DNA from: Ignavibacteriota bacterium
GTDB taxonomy: Bacteria; Bacteroidota; Ignavibacteria; UBA10030
Assembly: GCA_963701295.1 (NCBI GenBank)
Contig: OY969585.1
Coordinates: forward strand, 192,001 to 256,000
Reading direction: 5' to 3'
DNA length: 64,000 nt
Below the pieces are notes generated by a model. The model was not told the origin of the DNA and did not search any database. It was given only the letters and a program-made list of their open reading frames with translations. How positions within the stretch are numbered: position 1 is the stretch's first letter; each line of letters starts with the position of its first letter. The position numbers were made by a program, and so were the translations under genes. Positions 53,139 to 63,700 of this stretch are shown here, piece after piece.

Positions 53139-53295
53139 GCCTAACCAGGCGCTCAAGCTGACGGAATGAGCGTGAGTACGTTAAGCATTGCTTGCAGAGG
53201 TTTTGTGTTTAACAATAAAAATTCAGCATGAACTTGTTTCGTTTAGTGTATTTTGAAAATTATCAGCGCGGCAGCTTAGCCGCCATCCGTTAGGC
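53139..53295 (+). repeat. attC 20 (157 bp)
   Basis: gcctaac...gttaggc. Confidence 0.92.
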
Positions 53296-53327
53296 GCCCG
53301 TAGAAATAGCTACAATGAGGAATTGCA

Positions 53328-53765
53328 ATGAATCTTAAGTTCGCGTCAATAGCAGGTTTTGGTGTTGCTGTTTTGGTTCTCATTATTCTCATCATGCGAG
53401 AATCAATTCTAGCGGTTGGTATTATTGCGAGTCTTGTTCAAGTATTTGCAGTGGCGCTTATGCTCTGGGCGCGTTTTACGTTCGGTCGTCGCAGTTTTCA
53501 TGCCTCTGCAGATCCTACAGAAGGTGGTTTAATAACATCTGGTCCATATCATTATCTCCGACATCCGATCTACGCTGCTATAATATATTTCCTTTGGGCT
53601 GGAATATTTTGTCATTTGACGTTGTTGAATGCATTTCTAGGATTCGTCGCTACTCTTGGCTTATTTATTCGCATCTTCGCAGAGGAGCGTCTAGTCGTTG
53701 AGCAATATCCGAATTATGTAGAGTATGCGGCATGCACCAAACGGATAATTCCGTATGTATTATGA
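53328..53765 (+). CDS. Cassette 21 ICMT/PEMT-family membrane methyltransferase
   Basis: LITSGPYHYLRHPIY, EERL, Y..Y...TKRIIP. Confidence 0.85.
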   Translation: MNLKFASIAGFGVAVLVLIILIMRESILAVGIIASLVQVFAVALMLWARFTFGRRSFHASADPTEGGLITSGPYHYLRHPIYAAIIYFLWAGIFCHLTLLNAFLGFVATLGLFIRIFAEERLVVEQYPNYVEYAACTKRIIPYVL

Positions 53766-53792
53766 TTCAAATGTTTTTGTCGTGTTACGGGC

Positions 53793-53901
53793 GCCTAACC
53801 AAGCGCTCAAGCTGACCGGATGAGCGTTGGTACGTTACGCCCCGCTAAAAAACAGCGGGATGCAAAAAACGCACATGGCGCGTAGAGGTTTTAGCATGAA
53901 C
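53793..53901 (+). repeat. attC 21, left half only (disrupted)
   Basis: R''/L'' intact, hairpin insert at 53841, no L'/R' nearby. Confidence 0.75.
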
Positions 53902-54008
53902 AATAGAAATAGAAACACGCTTCGCATGTTACAGTTACAGGGCTCCGCCTGTTCAGTTGTATATTTAAAATTTTAGCCACGATCCGATATGCGGATGGTA
54001 ATTATTAT

Positions 54009-55676
54009 ATGAAGCGAAACATAATCTCATTTCTTTGTCTGTTTGCCTGCACCAGTGTCTTTGGGCAAAATCGTTATGATGTACTGCTCAACATGCTTCA
54101 TCACAATCCCGGTGAACCGCAGTTCACAACCAGGTTTATAGACCCATTCTATTTAAAAGAACTGGGATATACCGGACAGGTGCCAAAAATGGAAGTACAA
54201 TGCGCTTGTACTTTTGATGATTGGCAAGACGAGGTTATCCCTCAAAAGACAGAAGAGCGGAGATGGATTGAACGTCATGCGGCGCGCTTGCGCTTGCAAA
54301 TGAAAAATGCGAAAGAAGCAGGCATGCCTGTCTATCCTTTTACTGATATGCTCGTGCTCCCACAAACCATCATGGAAAAATATGGAAGCGAAATTAAAAA
54401 CGAGAGTGGGCAAATTACCATTCTCAAACCGAGAACACAGGAATTAGTCAAAGCGCAAGTTGCTGAATTGTTCAAACGCTTTCCCGAAATTGATGGATTG
54501 GTCATCCGGCATGGAGAAACTTATCTTCACGATACACCTTTTCATAAGGGCGGTTCACCCGCCAGAACACCGGAAGAACATGCTCTGTTTATAAACATCC
54601 TGCGGGATGAAATCTGTGTAAAACGAAACAAAAAACTTTTTTATCGTACATGGGATTTCGGTATGCTGCATAGTCAGCCGAAACTCTATCTGGAAACCGT
54701 GAATGCGGTGGAGCCGCATCCCAATCTGTATTTTTCGATTAAACATACTCAGTTTGATTTTCTTCGCGAATACCCGTTCAATCCGACCATAGGCATAGGT
54801 CAGCACCAGCAGATTGTGGAAGTTTCAACAAATCAAGCCGGAGTCTATGGCAAAAATTCAAGTCCCTACTATATAGGAAAGGGAATCATCGAAGGTTGGC
54901 CCGAATTAACTGGCAGCGGCAATAAAGGTTTACGCGATCTTTATAATGACAAAAAAATAAAAGGTTTCTGGATCTGGACTTGGGGCGACGGATGGTATGG
55001 GCCTTACTTTGACAATGAACTATGGGTGAAACTGAATGAGTTTGTCCTCCGCGATTATGTTCTACATCCGGATCAGACAGAAGAAGCGATTTTCAATAAA
55101 TACGCCATTGACCACCTGAAACTGAGCAAGTCTGATATCAGGAAATTTCGTGAGTTATGTCTTTTGTCTGTAGACGCTGTTTTTCACGGACAGGAAACTC
55201 AACTGTTTAATGGCGAAGAGTGGTGGTGCCGGGATGAATTCATTACAGGCGTGAATTTGGACAGTGCCGTTATAAAAAATGTGCAAAAAGCCGTGCTGAA
55301 AGAAAAAAAAGACAATATAAAGAATTGGTATCGCATAGAGGATCTTTCGCGTGAGATTAAGATGTCCAATCCCGAAGACCAGGAATTTCTGGAAGTTTCT
55401 TCCACGTACGGACGAATCAAGTACGAGATTATGGAACAGGTATGGATTATGCAGATGATGCTGAGTGAAAAAAAAATAAACAAGACCCCTATAGACAAGA
55501 AGAAGGCATCGGAAGCGATAGCCGCTTATGAATCGAAATGGGTCGAATGGAAAAAGTTGAAAAAAGACCATGCCTGCTGCCCAACGCTGTATGATGATAG
55601 TCGCGCTGTCCATGTCAGTAATCCTTTTCAGGTTAGTTTATCTAAGTTAAAAGAAATGGTAAATGCGACAAATTAA
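54009..55676 (+). CDS. Secreted glycoside-hydrolase-like (TIM-barrel) protein
   Basis: Signal peptide; FPEIDGLVIRHGE, YRTWD, WTWGDGW. Confidence 0.6.
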   Translation: MKRNIISFLCLFACTSVFGQNRYDVLLNMLHHNPGEPQFTTRFIDPFYLKELGYTGQVPKMEVQCACTFDDWQDEVIPQKTEERRWIERHAARLRLQMKNAKEAGMPVYPFTDMLVLPQTIMEKYGSEIKNESGQITILKPRTQELVKAQVAELFKRFPEIDGLVIRHGETYLHDTPFHKGGSPARTPEEHALFINILRDEICVKRNKKLFYRTWDFGMLHSQPKLYLETVNAVEPHPNLYFSIKHTQFDFLREYPFNPTIGIGQHQQIVEVSTNQAGVYGKNSSPYYIGKGIIEGWPELTGSGNKGLRDLYNDKKIKGFWIWTWGDGWYGPYFDNELWVKLNEFVLRDYVLHPDQTEEAIFNKYAIDHLKLSKSDIRKFRELCLLSVDAVFHGQETQLFNGEEWWCRDEFITGVNLDSAVIKNVQKAVLKEKKDNIKNWYRIEDLSREIKMSNPEDQEFLEVSSTYGRIKYEIMEQVWIMQMMLSEKKINKTPIDKKKASEAIAAYESKWVEWKKLKKDHACCPTLYDDSRAVHVSNPFQVSLSKLKEMVNATN

Positions 55677-55760
55677 AGGCATTCCCTGTGCGGCTTATCC
55701 AGATTAATTCATCGGGCATAGCGCGGTTCAAATAAAAAAGAATTGGATTAAACATTAGAC

Positions 55761-57622
55761 GTGAAAAATATTAAGAATAAAAGCATAGTCCTTTCAGATG
55801 AAAAACAAAATTCTGTAACAGGAAACGTTTGGATTCAAGAAAGTATTTTTCTTCTGGCATGTTTCCTCTATTTGCTTTTCAGAGTTTATCCCGTGCTAAT
55901 TCTTGAATGGCAACCGTCGGTCTTTTTTAAAAGCACCGGTTTTCTGGTTGATTCTTTAAAAATCCCGGGCGGGATGGTAGATCGGCTCACAGCATTTATT
56001 ATGCAATTTTGGTTTTCCGATTTGTTGAGTTCCTTATGTATAATCCTTTGTTTCTGGATGGTTGCGTTTCTAACAAAAAAATGGATAGAAACCCTGACAG
56101 AAATTCGTCCTATCCATTCTTTCCATCTGATTCCGGTTGGACTTCTACTCGTCTTCCACAATCAGTACGATTATCATTTTAGTATCACCATAGCATTGAT
56201 CATCAATCTTGCATTTCTCGTTTTGTTCATCCATTGGGCACCGAAACAACAATGGATTCGCTCAATATTTGGTCTGACTGCTTCTCTTTTTCTGTATTGG
56301 ATCACGGGCGGAGCTTTCCTGACTTTTACCTTTCTCTGCGGATTGGACGATATTTTTTTCAGGAAAAGATTTGCAAGTGGTTCTTTGTTTCTGTTGTTAT
56401 CAGCCGTTCTACCGTTTGCAGCATCTGAGTACTTTTTTCTTATCACACTGAAATATTCATATTTCCACAATTTGTCTTTTGAAAATCCGCTTGAGCTCTC
56501 TTTCACGGGTTATGCTCTACCGGCATTTTTTCTGTTCGTAATCTTCATTATGCCGCTTGAGAAGTTTTTTAGAATTCGAAAACCGTTTAAAAAATTTACA
56601 ACATTTCCCTATTTATGGAAATTGACGGCAGGAACGATCCTTCTCTTAGGTGGAACAATTTTGCTGACAGAAGAATCTACAAACGAGACAAAACGGCTTG
56701 TCTTCCAAAACGATAGAGCTATTAGTGAGAATCGTTGGACGGATGTGCTCACGTCCGTCCGGCACTGTTCCAACATAACTCCGGTTGTTTCATGCCAAAC
56801 CAATCTGGCCCTGTTTGAAACTGGCAGACTCCTTGATAGTATGTTTACGTATCCTCAAACGGATGGATCCATCGAGCTTTTCTTGAACGAAACATGGTGT
56901 TACGTTCTGCCAGAAGAAACAAGCGATATGTACTGGAAACTGGGGTCAGTCAACAGATCTCTGCATTGGGCTCATGAAGCCCTCGAATGTAAGGGCCCCA
57001 CTCCCGATATTTTAAAAAGGCTCGGGATGGCTTATATGGTCAAAGGCGAGAATGAAACAGCTAAACCGTTTTTTCTAAAACTGAAAAGCGTTCCATTCCA
57101 GGGAAAATCAGCGGATGAACTTATCCGGCTGAGTTTGCCCGGGACAGCAGTTGCATGTACATTCGATCGTGCATGCTCAATGAAGATATAATATCTCTCG
57201 AGAAACCGTCCATCCTTGAATTGGAAATGTTGTTGAAGCGGAATCCCAAAAATAAAATGGCATTCGAATACCTGATCGCTTCCTTTTTATTAAATGGCAA
57301 TTCGAATGAAATCTGGCAACGTTATTCGGCTGTAGATACTATCACATCTTCTGAAATTCCACGCCACGTTCAGGAAGCGCTGATGATGAACGCAGTAATG
57401 ACTCCAAATTTCGATTTGAGCCGGTTAAGAAAAATGGTTAATCCCATTATCTATAATCGATTTGTTGATTACCAGCAAATTCTTTATAAATATAGGGACG
57501 GTAAATATGCGGGGACGAAGCAAGAACTTAAAATACAGTTTGGCGATACCTATTGGTATTATCTGATGTTTACCAAGTCGTATCAAAAACAATCTAACGG
57601 TTACAATGAATATCAACAATAA
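55761..57622 (+). pseudogene. DUF6057-like membrane/TPR protein split by a frameshift (~57130-57160)
   Basis: PGG....L..F..QF, NLAL...G.L...MF.YPQ, NP.NKMAFEYL, GDTYWYY spread over two overlapping ORFs. Confidence 0.7.
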
Positions 57623-59205
57623 TATAGCTACTATACTCTGCTTGATTTTATTTATTCCAGCACTCATTCTGTGCGCGGGTTGTTCGAGACCGGAGGATGA
57701 AGCGGATGTTCAATCCGCGGGTCGGCCTGCAAACATCCAGCCCGATTATTCCGGAATAATAATTCCGCCAAACATTGCACCTCTGAATTTTATAATTAGG
57801 GAATCTGGTCAAGAATATTTGGTTCGGATTCATTCCAAACAGGGAAATTCAATTCGGATTCAATGCACTTCAAATTGTATCTGTATTCCATTAGAACCAT
57901 GGAAACGTCTGCTTGCAGATAATCCCGGAGAGCAATTAATTATAAATGTCTCTATGAAGAACCAAAACAGCCAATGGATTCGATTCTTTAGTGAACCGGA
58001 TCGCACTGGAATCTATGGACGGTTATCTGGTGTATCGAAGAATCGGCCCGGTATTCAACATAGGAAAAAAGATGGGAATTTTTCAGCGCTGCCTAGAAAA
58101 CTTCGATGAAAATCCGGTTCTTCTTAACAGCCTAACGCAGGATAATTGCATGAACTGTCACAATTTCTGGCAGAATGGAACTGACCGGTGGCTTCTTCAA
58201 ATGCGTCATGCACCCGGTAATTCAATGCTTTTAGTTATTGATGGCAAAGTCCGAAAAATCGATACAAGGACCAAATTTAACGGACCTGCAGCCTATCCGG
58301 CATGGCATCCGTCCGGTAACTTGATTGCGTTTTCGGTCAGCAAGCTGCTTCAATTTTTCCACGAGACCGGTGAATGCCGCGACGTATTGGATATATATTC
58401 GAACATCATCCTGTACGACATTCCAACGAACACTATCACAACTACACCGGAAATTTCCAGTTCAGATCGTATGGAAATTTGGCCTGCATGGTCACCTGAC
58501 GGCAAATTTCTGTATTTCTGCAGCGCTCCAAAAATAGAAACGTTCGCTGATTCCAACAAACCTGATGATATAGCGTACGATAAAATTAAATATGATTTGA
58601 TGCGGATCGCATACGATCCGGTGAATCGTACATGGGGAAAGCTTGAGACTGTAATATCATCTGCTGAATTAGGATTAAGTATTACCGAGCCAAGAGTTTC
58701 TTCTGACGGCCGCTTCGTTCTCTTCACAGCGGCGAAATATGGTCAATTCCCGATTTATATTTCTAGTGCTGATTTGTATTTGCTCGATTTGCAGACCGGC
58801 CGCTGGAAAAAGTTGAATATAAACAGTGATCAGGTTGACTCGTTTCATTCCTGGTCAAGCAATAGCCGCTGGATCGTATTTTCGAGCAAGCGACAGGACG
58901 GCTTATTCACCAAACCATATTTTAGCTACATCGATACATCGGGCAATACATCAAAACCATTTGTTCTACCGCAGGAGGATCCATTATTTTACGAAACATT
59001 TCTGGAGGTATTCAACGTTCCGGAATTTACTAAGCAGCCCATCCATGTAAGCCCGCGGGTTTTGGCTAAAGCTGCTTTTTCCGAGCAGGATGCTTTGAGT
59101 GCGAAATTGGATCTGAATGTGATGTTGAGCAGAAGTACGGATAAGTCAAAAACTGCTGAACAGATTCAAATCTTATCGAATAAGAATAAAGTTAAGCATT
59201 GGTAG
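57606..59205 (+). pseudogene. TolB/PD40-repeat lipoprotein with CxxCH, split by a frameshift (~57985)
   Basis: PDY....IPPNIAPLNF in ORF1; YLVYRRI, CMNCH, YPAWHPSG, WSPDGK, HSWSSNSRW in ORF2. Confidence 0.75.
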
Positions 59206-59277
59206 TTTTCACTGCATGCCGCATCCCGATTTCCTTCGACAAGCTCAGGACAAGCATCGGGAGACAATCCATTAGCT
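59204..59277 (+). repeat. Degenerate attC right-half remnant with nested REP-like inserts
   Basis: agttttca..gccgca[atcccgat..ccttcgacaagctcagg..atcggga]caatccATTAGC versus consensus agttttcagcgccgca..caatccGTTAGG. Confidence 0.55.
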
Positions 59278-59305
59278 GGCGGCTTAAATTAAGGAGGTTT
59301 GTTTT

Positions 59306-59806
59306 ATGGTAAAGAGATATTTGAGTAATGTTGTAATAATTAGTCTCTTATGCTTTCCACTATCTTCCTGCTTCCCTCCGGTATATGTTTCAGATTTGAA
59401 GATCATTCATTTAGGTCATGTTCATGGCGGAATTGGTATAGATAAACCCTATTGGACCAATCAATTGATTATATGTGGTATAAAATATAATAAGGGAATT
59501 GTTATACATCCCGAAGATGGTGGAGTAATTGCATTTACTGAATTCCTATTACCGAAAAAGGGAGGGCGTCTTGTAGGTATAGCCGGTTGGGCAGAACAAG
59601 TCGATGCTATTCATAACGGTAAAATGAGGTTTCGCCTTTTTGCAGATGGTGAATTATTATATGTAGCTGAAATAAATGGGAAGGATTGTGAAGAATTAAA
59701 TTTGTATCTAGGCAATGCTAGTGTTCTGCGAATTGAAACCGATGATTGGTCCGACCGATATTGGGCCGATCATATGGCTTTTGGAGATTTGCGGATTGTA
59801 TATTAA
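59306..59806 (+). CDS. Cassette 22 NPCBM/NEW2-domain lipoprotein
   Basis: Lipobox LSSC; VYVSDL, G..YNKGI..H, F...ADG..LY, DH..FGD.R. Confidence 0.8.
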   Translation: MVKRYLSNVVIISLLCFPLSSCFPPVYVSDLKIIHLGHVHGGIGIDKPYWTNQLIICGIKYNKGIVIHPEDGGVIAFTEFLLPKKGGRLVGIAGWAEQVDAIHNGKMRFRLFADGELLYVAEINGKDCEELNLYLGNASVLRIETDDWSDRYWADHMAFGDLRIVY

Positions 59807-59824
59807 GCTAAAGCGCTATCCGCT

Positions 59825-60121
59825 GGCTAACCAGCAACTCCCGCCCAACTGATGGTGGGCAAGCAAGCTGACCGGATGAGCCTGCCTGCCGGCAAGTAGG
59901 CGGGGGTACTTTATGCATGGCTTGTGGTGGGTTTCAGTTTTTTATTATTACTTTATTTGCACCTCATGACTTTTGTGTAATTAATTTTGTTTTCAGCATG
60001 AAACTTGTTTCGTTAAGTACTATTTTGAAAGTTATCAGCGCGGCAGTCCGTTCCATCTTTCAGATGGAACGAGATCTCGTGGCGCAATAAGCGGCACAAA
60101 CTTAGCCGCCATCTATCAGGC
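59825..60121 (+). repeat. attC 22, inactivated (three inserts, R' GTT to ATC)
   Basis: Removing inserts 59841-59864, 59882-59900 and 60047-60100 leaves a ~200-bp long-class attC. Confidence 0.8.
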
Positions 60122-60324
60122 AGCAATGCTGGTATAGAGTAAAAGTCTAATTTGAAAGAATTGACCAATCTGTCGGTGTCTGAGAACCTGAAATTACTTG
60201 ATTCTTCACAGACGCAAATTATTTTCAACTATGAACAACACTTTCGCAGATATATTTGATATTTGACAATAGAATTAAAGTATATTAGCTTTTGTCATGA
60301 TTTATTCTTTTAGAGGGAAAAAAC

Positions 60325-61920
60325 ATGAAAAATGTTCAACAATTCCTGCAACGTCCCTGGCTATATGTAATCCTGGTAATAATAGGAGTATCACTAAAAT
60401 TTTACAATCTCGATAAAAGATTTTTCTGGTATGATGAAATTTGTACCATTCAGCACACCTCCGGTAATCAAATAGTTAATATTCCGGTTAACGAAATAAA
60501 GAATATACATTATTACTCTGATCAACTCAGGCTCAAAAAGCAAAATTTAACGATTGGTTCTGAAATACAGGGATTGTTCTCAACAACAAATCTGAATCCT
60601 TTACATTATACCTTTCTCATGATATGGTATAGAGTTGTTGGCGACGATCCGATTCACTACAGGCTGTTTTCCGTATTCATTTTTATTTTAACATTACCTT
60701 TTTTATTCCTGCTGAGTAAAAAGCTTTTTGAATCTGACCTGGCTGGGTGGATTGCTGTGAGTCTCTATTCTTTATCTCCATTTTTTCATTTCTTTGCCCT
60801 GGAGGCCCGATATTATATTTTTTGGGCTTTTATACTCATTGTACTTCACTATTTATTCCTTATTGCAGTTTCACAGAATAAGTTGAAGTGGTGGATCGGG
60901 TATTCCATTGTCGGGATTCTGAGTTTGTATGCCTCAATTCTTTCAGGACTGGTTGTTTTAGGTCATTTTATCTATTTACTGATTATCAGGCGAGATTTGT
61001 GGTATATATATAGTATCAATGCGCTCATGATTTTTTTAGGTTATCTTCCCTGGCTGATTTTCCTTTTAAACAACAAATCAAAGATATTTGCAGCGCTTGC
61101 ATGGCATAGTTGGTTTGGGAGCGGAACTAATATATTCACGCTTGTAGTTGGTCAACTAATGCTTATGGCTGCATCCTTCGTGAGCTTAAATGGGGTTGAT
61201 GGCCAGTTAGCGATGTTATCAACTTTTGATCTGCAAGGCAGATACATCCAATTTTGTATTTCTCTTCTCCTTGTAGCGTTAATTGTATATTCAATTATCT
61301 ATGTCATTAAAAAATCGCCCCCGAAAGTATCTTTTTTCCTGATTCTTATAACGCTACCCCAATTCTTATTTTTTATTATATCCGATCTTATTAGAGGTAC
61401 AGGAGGTTCGCTGGTATACCGTTACCATATTATAACATTTACTGGAATTTTATTCTTCATTGTCTTTTTAATCAGTAAGAAAATACAATTGGGAAAGATT
61501 ATTTATTCGGGCATTTTCATAGGCATAATAATATTCGGATTTATTTCTATTTTCATTAATTCACAAAACAGGTGCTGGGATACCCCTATTCAGTGTGAAG
61601 AAGTCATACAAACTGCACAATTTACTTCAGCCCTTGAAAAACCATTGGTAATTATTGATTATTCAATAAAATCAGAAATAGTGTCACCAGCATTTATGAC
61701 ATTTATTAATGAGTGTAAATCTGATAATATTGATATTCTCATTGCTTCACCTGATATAGAACATGGCGATAAATTGTTGACTGGAAATAACTATTCAGAT
61801 ATAGTCGTTAGTAGTAGTTCTGATGGACTGGTTAAAAACTTGAAATCTCAATTTGGAGAAAGAATGGATTCAGTGAAAATGAAAGGAGTTTTCCCTACTT
61901 GGTTAATAAAACTTAAATAA
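60325..61920 (+). CDS. GT-C fold (ArnT/PMT-like) membrane glycosyltransferase
   Basis: FWYDE, PLHY.FL..W, R.FSV, SPF....A.EARYY, YLPWL; many TMs. Confidence 0.85.
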   Translation: MKNVQQFLQRPWLYVILVIIGVSLKFYNLDKRFFWYDEICTIQHTSGNQIVNIPVNEIKNIHYYSDQLRLKKQNLTIGSEIQGLFSTTNLNPLHYTFLMIWYRVVGDDPIHYRLFSVFIFILTLPFLFLLSKKLFESDLAGWIAVSLYSLSPFFHFFALEARYYIFWAFILIVLHYLFLIAVSQNKLKWWIGYSIVGILSLYASILSGLVVLGHFIYLLIIRRDLWYIYSINALMIFLGYLPWLIFLLNNKSKIFAALAWHSWFGSGTNIFTLVVGQLMLMAASFVSLNGVDGQLAMLSTFDLQGRYIQFCISLLLVALIVYSIIYVIKKSPPKVSFFLILITLPQFLFFIISDLIRGTGGSLVYRYHIITFTGILFFIVFLISKKIQLGKIIYSGIFIGIIIFGFISIFINSQNRCWDTPIQCEEVIQTAQFTSALEKPLVIIDYSIKSEIVSPAFMTFINECKSDNIDILIASPDIEHGDKLLTGNNYSDIVVSSSSDGLVKNLKSQFGERMDSVKMKGVFPTWLIKLK

Positions 61921-61943
61921 AATCAATTCGGAATACTATAAAC

Positions 61944-62087
61944 AGCTAACCATCATACAATATAAACAATAGCTGGATCAAGGGGTTGTAAGGTTTAATA
62001 TATTTTGAAATCTATCAGCATGAACCCATTTCGTTTAGTGCATTTTGCAAGTTTTCAGCGCCGCAGCTTAGCGCCAATCCGTTAGGC
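61944..62087 (+). repeat. attC 23, left half degenerate
   Basis: agctaac without L''; right half cagcatgaac...gcagcttagcgccaatccgttaggc intact. Confidence 0.75.
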
Positions 62088-62106
62088 TGCCTCAAGGAGA
62101 CCAGCA

Positions 62107-62481
62107 ATGGAAGACAAAAAAGAGTATCAACTTGTGACTTCTGTGAATGAAGGAATCCTTGAAATCATTATCACAGGCGAAGTACCGTCGAACGCAGTTG
62201 ATAAACTACTGAGTGAAGTAAATGCTATTGGAAAAACAATGAACGTCAGTCTTTTACTTGTAGATGCCCGTTCTGCAAAAGGAAGGATTGGATTTGGAGA
62301 ATCCTATTTTCATGTTAGAGGATCCCCTGCCGACATGCCGAAGATGAAAATAGCTGTTGTAGACCTCGAAGAGAATGCAGGTTTGCAATCGTTTCAGGAG
62401 ATTACAGCCAAGAATGCCGGCCTGTCGTTAAAATGGTTTACAGATATCGATGCCGCGAGAACTTGGCTTAAGGGTAAGTAA
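62107..62481 (+). CDS. Cassette 24 STAS/SEC14 (SpoIIAA-like) small protein
   Basis: AAGGAG RBS; LLVDAR, KIAVV, F.E..A.NAG, FTD..AA..WL. Confidence 0.75.
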   Translation: MEDKKEYQLVTSVNEGILEIIITGEVPSNAVDKLLSEVNAIGKTMNVSLLLVDARSAKGRIGFGESYFHVRGSPADMPKMKIAVVDLEENAGLQSFQEITAKNAGLSLKWFTDIDAARTWLKGK

Positions 62482-62561
62482 TAAGAAGGCAGCCTAACCA
62501 GGTACTGTGGTAAAAGTCAAGCGTAAAGCAATATTTCAAAGAACACACACAGAAGAAAGAG

Positions 62562-63472
62562 TTAGGAAAAGGTACTAGCGATAGATAAAGTGCGCGAATG
62601 ATAATTTGTAATGTAAGGCGAATTAGATTTCCAGAGCGTGGAGATCAGGAGTAATAATTTACGAGCGACAGCAACGATGGCAAGCTTTTTATTTTTGCCT
62701 TTAGCAATAAGACGTTGATAGAGTTCTTTGAGATCAGGATGAGCCCGACAGGCAGAGAGGGCAGGCATAAAGAGAGCTTTACGGATAAACTTGTTGCCCT
62801 TTTTTGAGATAGAAGTTTTTCCTTTCTTCAAGCCAGAGTCGTTAAAGACGATGTCGAAACCAGCGTAGCTGGTAAGCTGCTTTTGATTGGAGACAAGCTC
62901 AAAACACCTAGTTTCTGCCAGGACGGTGAGAATGGTAATATCGCCGAGTCCTTTTGTGGTGGAGATTTTCTTCAGACGGAGAGCCAGATCAGGTTCGGTC
63001 TTGACCAGGTTGTGGAGTTCTTTATGAATAAGAGCTATCTGCCGGTTAAGGAATCTGAGAAGGTGCTGTTTGCGTTTGAACGATTCACGGTGAGGTTTGA
63101 AGGAGACATTGAGAGCGTGACAATGACGGCGGCATCGAGAGGATCGGTTTTAGATTTGGATTCGAGGGATTTGGCATAATTTCTGATTTTATTTGGCAGG
63201 ATAACGGCAACTTGATACCCCTGCTGGAAGAGGAAGTGAGAGAGTTGTTCGTAATAGACGCCAGTAGCTTCCATGACAAAGACCAGAGGAATGTCGTCGG
63301 AGAGGATATATTTCTTGAGCCATCGCAGAAAGAGTTTGAATCCTGCGAGTGAGTTTTTGAAGGATTTTGAAGCAGATAGGTTTATTTCTTGTTGAGTATT
63401 GATGGTAGCGAATCTGGCATCGAAGGATTTGTAAGAGACATCGATACCGATGGTTTGTTTTAAGATCGTCAT
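62562..63472 (-). pseudogene. IS110 recombinase with internal deletion/frameshift at ~63121
   Basis: GIDVS, MEATGVY, KTDPLDA, then other frame KGLG..T...LAE, YAGFD....SG, GNK.IRKAL.MPA, AVARKLL. Confidence 0.9.
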
Positions 63473-63499
63473 AGCAAAAGCTCCTTGAAATAGAGGTTA

Positions 63500-63700
63500 A
63501 GAGAAGAAATACATTGGCAGCTTCCTTGTGATCTTGACTCGTGCGTTATACGGGATTCCACGGGAAAGAAATATGGATCTCAAAGTACTGTTCAGATTCT
63601 TGAGAAGCGGAAAGTCATAGGGAGATGTATCTGGTTAACGATATTCTTCTGGGAAGATATCTAGCGGCTCCTATCTCTCCTATGACTTTGCCAAGGGACC
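63500..63700 (-). ncRNA. Predicted bridge RNA (ends approximate)
   Basis: Stem 63611-63626/63673-63689 encloses guides GAGCCGCT and TAACCAG (attC target); second loop has ACAGTAC and ACGAG (donor junction). Confidence 0.8.

Noticed and set aside
33025-62087. Regularly recurring repeats as a CRISPR array
   Set aside because: Units are 150-200 bp imperfect palindromes with R/L boxes separated by whole genes; no cas genes. They are attC sites.
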